Assembly: GCA_963769025.1 (NCBI GenBank)
Contig: CAVYKI010000012.1
Span: 537,151-601,150, forward strand
DNA: 64,000 nt
Direction: 5' to 3'
From: an uncultured Verrucomicrobiae bacterium
GTDB taxonomy: Bacteria; Verrucomicrobiota; Verrucomicrobiia; Chthoniobacterales; Chthoniobacteraceae
In this document: positions 60,369-64,000 of the stretch, in pieces
Layout: every line of letters starts with the position of its first letter
How positions within the stretch are numbered: position 1 is the first letter of the stretch
Notes under the pieces: generated by a model
Told to the model about the DNA's origin: nothing
Database searches by the model: none
Seen by the model: only the letters and a program-made list of their open reading frames with translations
Program-made: the position numbers and the translations under genes

Positions 60369-61081
60369 AACGCTACCCGGCCAAGAAAGGACCGTTCTCC
60401 ATGCGCCTGTGGTTCGACGACGGCGAGATCGACAAGCTCTGCGTCGCCGAACTCCGGCGGCTTGATTTGCTGCCCGAGAGCCCGTCGCCCGTGGCCATTG
60501 ATGCGTTCTTCCCCCGGCGTCACCAGATCGACGAGACCTACGTGACGCTGAAACCGGGACGGCTCGGCGCGCTGAAGTTCAACGCGAATGGCGTTGAAGC
60601 ACTCTACGTCTCGCGGGAACTCGGCGAAGACGATTCGCCAGTTTCACAGCGCCGGGTGCGCTCCACCATTGCGCACGAGGGGGGTCACGCCCTCTTCCAC
60701 ACCGAGTTGTATGTCGAACGCATCGTCCGCCTGACGAGCCATCGCGATATGTTTGGCGAGGAGGCAGAGGCGACGGCGGATGTTGGCCGGGACACATTTA
60801 CCTGTGGAGGCGAGACAGGACCGGCGCCGAGGCCCGATGAGTGGTGGGAGTTTCAGGCGAACCAGGCGATGGCCGCCTTGCTGTTGCCATCACACCTCGT
60901 GCGCACCGCGATGGAGCAACTTGCACCGAACTTTGCCGGTCTCGATGTCGCTGCCCAGCAAGCCGCGATGCGTCGCGTGGACCGTGAGCTGGCCGAGGTC
61001 TTCGACGTGAACCCGATCATGGTCGCCTATCGCACGCGCGACTGGTGGGCCGAATCCGCGCAGCAACCCACGCTCTTCTGA
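60365..61081 (+). CDS. ImmA/IrrE family metallopeptidase
   Basis: RSTIAHEGGH and EFQANQAMAALLLP; coupled to the XRE gene. Confidence 0.88.
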   Translation: MKRYPAKKGPFSMRLWFDDGEIDKLCVAELRRLDLLPESPSPVAIDAFFPRRHQIDETYVTLKPGRLGALKFNANGVEALYVSRELGEDDSPVSQRRVRSTIAHEGGHALFHTELYVERIVRLTSHRDMFGEEAEATADVGRDTFTCGGETGPAPRPDEWWEFQANQAMAALLLPSHLVRTAMEQLAPNFAGLDVAAQQAAMRRVDRELAEVFDVNPIMVAYRTRDWWAESAQQPTLF

Positions 61082-61122
61082 TTTTTCTCTGACCGTCTGC
61101 TTACAAGCCAACAATCAATACC

Positions 61123-62268
61123 ATGAGTCGCCGCCATACTGTTCCACTGACCTTGCTCCGCCGTCTGAGCCCGGCGGCGTTACGGGATTTGATCGAGCCA
61201 CACGCCGCCTACCTTGCCGAGCGCGACTGGCGCTTGCCCACGTCACCAACGGATCGCGCCGATTACAATGGCCTCCATCGAATCCTGCTCACCGCTGGTA
61301 TGGACGCGCCCTCGGGCTTGGTGGATTGTTTCACGGTCGTCGAGCTGGTTGGCACGGATGAGGGCGTCGAGGAATTGTATGCCCTGCGTCCAGCATTGGT
61401 CGACGCGCAGCGGGCACCCGATGAGACGGCGGAGGACATCGCCGCCCGCCTCTGGAAGAACGAGCGCAACCTGCTCACGGCCGTCTTCGCCAAGATCAGC
61501 GTGCGGAAATTCGAGAAGACGGTGCATTGCTACCGGCTCAAGCCCGAGGCGCGGTTGGATTGGCCAACGCCCGAACTCTGCACGGCCATGGAGCGCACGA
61601 TGCAACCATCCTTCGACAAATTGGTGCACCGCGACGTGTGCAATGTCAGTTCGTTTTCCGACGCGGATGGATTCTCGATGCTCATCCGTCACGGGGAGCG
61701 ACGGCGCCGGTTTGGCGTGCTCGGCGACAACGACGAATCCGAGACCCGCGTCCTGCAGCCGGAGGGTTTTGACGTGGTCTTCTACAACGCTGCCGACCGC
61801 GAGCTTCGGATTTCCGGCCGCAGCACGCTGATTCAAAGGCTCTACCGGCAGACGCTCGGCGAGCACCTTTGCGGCGACCTGGAAGCGCTGCAACCGCATC
61901 GGCAATTCACTCTCGAACCGCTGTGGAGAGGAGCCAGTTCACTCGATCACCCGCTGCCGCTCGGCCTGAGCAGTGTCGAGCTTGCTGCAATCAGCGTGTT
62001 CGACCCGACGATGAACAATCGTCTCCAGCTTTCCGGTGCGAACGTCTTCGTTGCCCTCGATGCCCTCGCACTCAGGTTGTCACCCGAACTCGAAATCAGC
62101 GCCGCGCAATTTCATCTGCACGCCGCCGGCGGAGGGCGTCAACTGAACCTCAAGGTCTGCGCGGAGCGGGACACGGTCACCGGCGACTACCAGCATCCGC
62201 TCGTCGATGAATGGCTCCGCAGTTCACCCTTTGCCCATGCAAACCCTTCAATCCTGGCGCACGCTTGA
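61123..62268 (+). CDS. Hypothetical protein
   Basis: Intact 381-aa ORF co-oriented with XRE/ImmA. Confidence 0.75.
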   Translation: MSRRHTVPLTLLRRLSPAALRDLIEPHAAYLAERDWRLPTSPTDRADYNGLHRILLTAGMDAPSGLVDCFTVVELVGTDEGVEELYALRPALVDAQRAPDETAEDIAARLWKNERNLLTAVFAKISVRKFEKTVHCYRLKPEARLDWPTPELCTAMERTMQPSFDKLVHRDVCNVSSFSDADGFSMLIRHGERRRRFGVLGDNDESETRVLQPEGFDVVFYNAADRELRISGRSTLIQRLYRQTLGEHLCGDLEALQPHRQFTLEPLWRGASSLDHPLPLGLSSVELAAISVFDPTMNNRLQLSGANVFVALDALALRLSPELEISAAQFHLHAAGGGRQLNLKVCAERDTVTGDYQHPLVDEWLRSSPFAHANPSILAHA

Positions 62269-63268
62269 GCGATACGCGCTTTGCGGCGCGCCGCAGCGGG
62301 AATGGATTCGCTCTTCGGGCGTCCAATGGGCGGAGCTTTCCCGCTGGCTGAAACCGTGTCGTGCCTGTGCGCGATGGATCAGCGATCCGGAATTCACCGG
62401 CCATCGCCTCTCCGTCCTGCAAATCGGCGATGAGTTCCTGGCCACGAGCGAGCAGACGCCGCCGCACCGTTCCGCAATTTCACTCACGCTTGCGGACATC
62501 ACGCTATACGCACTCAACGTATCGGTGCTCGCCGAGTATTACGGAGAGCGCCTCGGCATCGCGTGGGATGCCCCTCGTCCACAACCGCATGGACTGTGGA
62601 AGATCGGGGTTTGGTCACGTCCGACCGAAGCTGCGAGGCCGGTGTTTTTCTTTCTGCCAGAATCCGTTCTTGGTGGTTGCCATGAACTTCGCCGAGCGAT
62701 TGGGACCCTGCGTGACTGCGTGCTCCTTTGCTGCACGGCGGAGAACCTGCACGGCGACACGCTTGAATTGGCACGTGAGCGAGACGTCCGCGCCCTTGTG
62801 CTCGCAGACATGGGACCGGAGCCGCTCCCGTTGGACAACCTGCGAGTCACCGCGCCGGTTTCGGTGAAGTCCGGGCCGAAAAAATTGAGGCAACTGCTCG
62901 ATGCTCCGCACGGCTGCGCCTGGAAAGAGGTAAACATCACCATACATCGCACCGGTGCCGTGACGATCCGCGTGCGAAAGGAAGAGAGGCGTCTTTCACT
63001 GCACCAACTCGGCCTTCGGGGCCGCGACAAAAACACTCCCTCCGCGTTGTTTTTGGACTTTTGCAGCGTTGCTGCGAAACAATGCTGGGAGCCCGATGAC
63101 GTGCGTGGTCGCACTGGCGAAAAGCGTCTCGAAAGACTGAAAAAACTACTGCGTAGCTGGGTCGTCGTCCGTGGCGATCCATTCGTGAAGAGCGGGCGGC
63201 AAGTTCTTCCGCATTTCGGCATCTCGCTTGGATGGCGCTACACCACGGAGCCCCATCCGGAATCTTGA
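62237..63268 (+). CDS. Hypothetical protein with basic C-terminal domain
   Basis: Intact ORF overlapping the previous gene. Confidence 0.7.
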   Translation: MQTLQSWRTLERYALCGAPQREWIRSSGVQWAELSRWLKPCRACARWISDPEFTGHRLSVLQIGDEFLATSEQTPPHRSAISLTLADITLYALNVSVLAEYYGERLGIAWDAPRPQPHGLWKIGVWSRPTEAARPVFFFLPESVLGGCHELRRAIGTLRDCVLLCCTAENLHGDTLELARERDVRALVLADMGPEPLPLDNLRVTAPVSVKSGPKKLRQLLDAPHGCAWKEVNITIHRTGAVTIRVRKEERRLSLHQLGLRGRDKNTPSALFLDFCSVAAKQCWEPDDVRGRTGEKRLERLKKLLRSWVVVRGDPFVKSGRQVLPHFGISLGWRYTTEPHPES

Positions 63269-63631
63269 GGACGAGGAAGAATCCGCCGACGACCAGCACG
63301 TGGACTACGCGGAGCTGAGCGGATTCAGCGTGAGCAAAGATCGGAGATTCTTCGATTGATTATGAAAATCGAGTCCACGAACCAAAACAGAGTTGGAATT
63401 TCCACCGCGCCGGCAAAGTGTGATCTGTCCGCCTTGGAGCACGCGAGATTCCTCGGCACAGGCGGTGCCGGTTATTGGGCGCTCTCGGACGTCAAGATTG
63501 CTTCCGCTTGAGGGCGTTCCGACGGCAGAAAGTTCATGGAGCACGAGGTCTAAATCTGATTGAACGCACTGGGCGGCAGCTCCACTCTCGAAATTCCAGA
63601 ATTCACTCCGCGGAGAGCGGATTTCGGGCAA

Positions 63632-64000
63632 ATGCGCCTCACCGTGTCAGCAAATCTTAAAACCAGTATCAGAACGACGATTCCGGGCCTCGATGCACGG
63701 GGACGCTTTCTCGCCCGCATCTCCTCGCGGTCAGCACTTTTTTCGGATTTTCAACTTCTGCTTGAGCGCGCGGACGATCGCTCGTTGGCTGGTTTTAGGC
63801 GTTTGGTGATTGATGAAAATCGCCTCAACCGAGCGTCCCTTTCAGCCCGATCCAAACTTTATACGGAGTTGAAGGGGCGGTATCTGCTGGACAAGGCGCG
63901 CCCACTTTTTGCGGCTTTTCTTGCCGAATGGATGTCGGCCGACTCGGATCAGGCCCGCGCGCTTACGATTTATCTCCTCTTTGCGCTCAACGATCGAACC
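63632..64000 (+). CDS. BrxA/DUF1819-like protein, partial (runs off the window)
   Basis: Open frame from ATG 63632: ARISSRSALFSD...VIDENRLNRAS.SARSKLY.EL..RY.LD...ALND. Confidence 0.5.
   Translation, partial: MRLTVSANLKTSIRTTIPGLDARGRFLARISSRSALFSDFQLLLERADDRSLAGFRRLVIDENRLNRASLSARSKLYTELKGRYLLDKARPLFAAFLAEWMSADSDQARALTIYLLFALNDRT

Overview
GC-rich accessory region. Gene content suggests Verrucomicrobiota, but this is an inference. Many single-base frameshifts look like long-read errors, so split genes are joined here by homology. Four blocks are visible. (1) 1-29.6 kb: a partial tyrosine integrase, then a dispersed metal(loid)-stress gene set. It includes an ECF sigma/anti-sigma pair, four glycosyltransferases, DUF547 proteins, an ArsM-like/DUF5069/PiT/ArsS operon and a bufferin-type MNIO RiPP cluster. 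I find eight copies of one promoter motif, RGAATAAW-N15-CTCNNWT, in front of these genes, which suggests a single regulon. Unrelated cargo, truncated gene fragments and a MITE interrupt the block. (2) 31.3-44.4 kb: a sulfane-sulfur/thiosulfate module with two ArsR regulators, four YeeE/YedE genes, a persulfide dioxygenase-rhodanese, SulP, DsrE and SoxB-like/5'-nucleotidase proteins. (3) 44.4-63.3 kb: a phage-like or satellite-like element with no capsid or conjugation genes in this window. It carries a primase, family A DNA polymerase, Pif1 helicase, exonuclease, SSB-like protein, XRE/ImmA switch, an ori-like iteron array and a CheB/CheR kinase as cargo. Its terminal nuclease plus non-coding block is duplicated at 29.7-30.3 kb. 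(4) The start of a BrxA-like gene at the right edge. No rRNA, tRNA or CRISPR array was seen.
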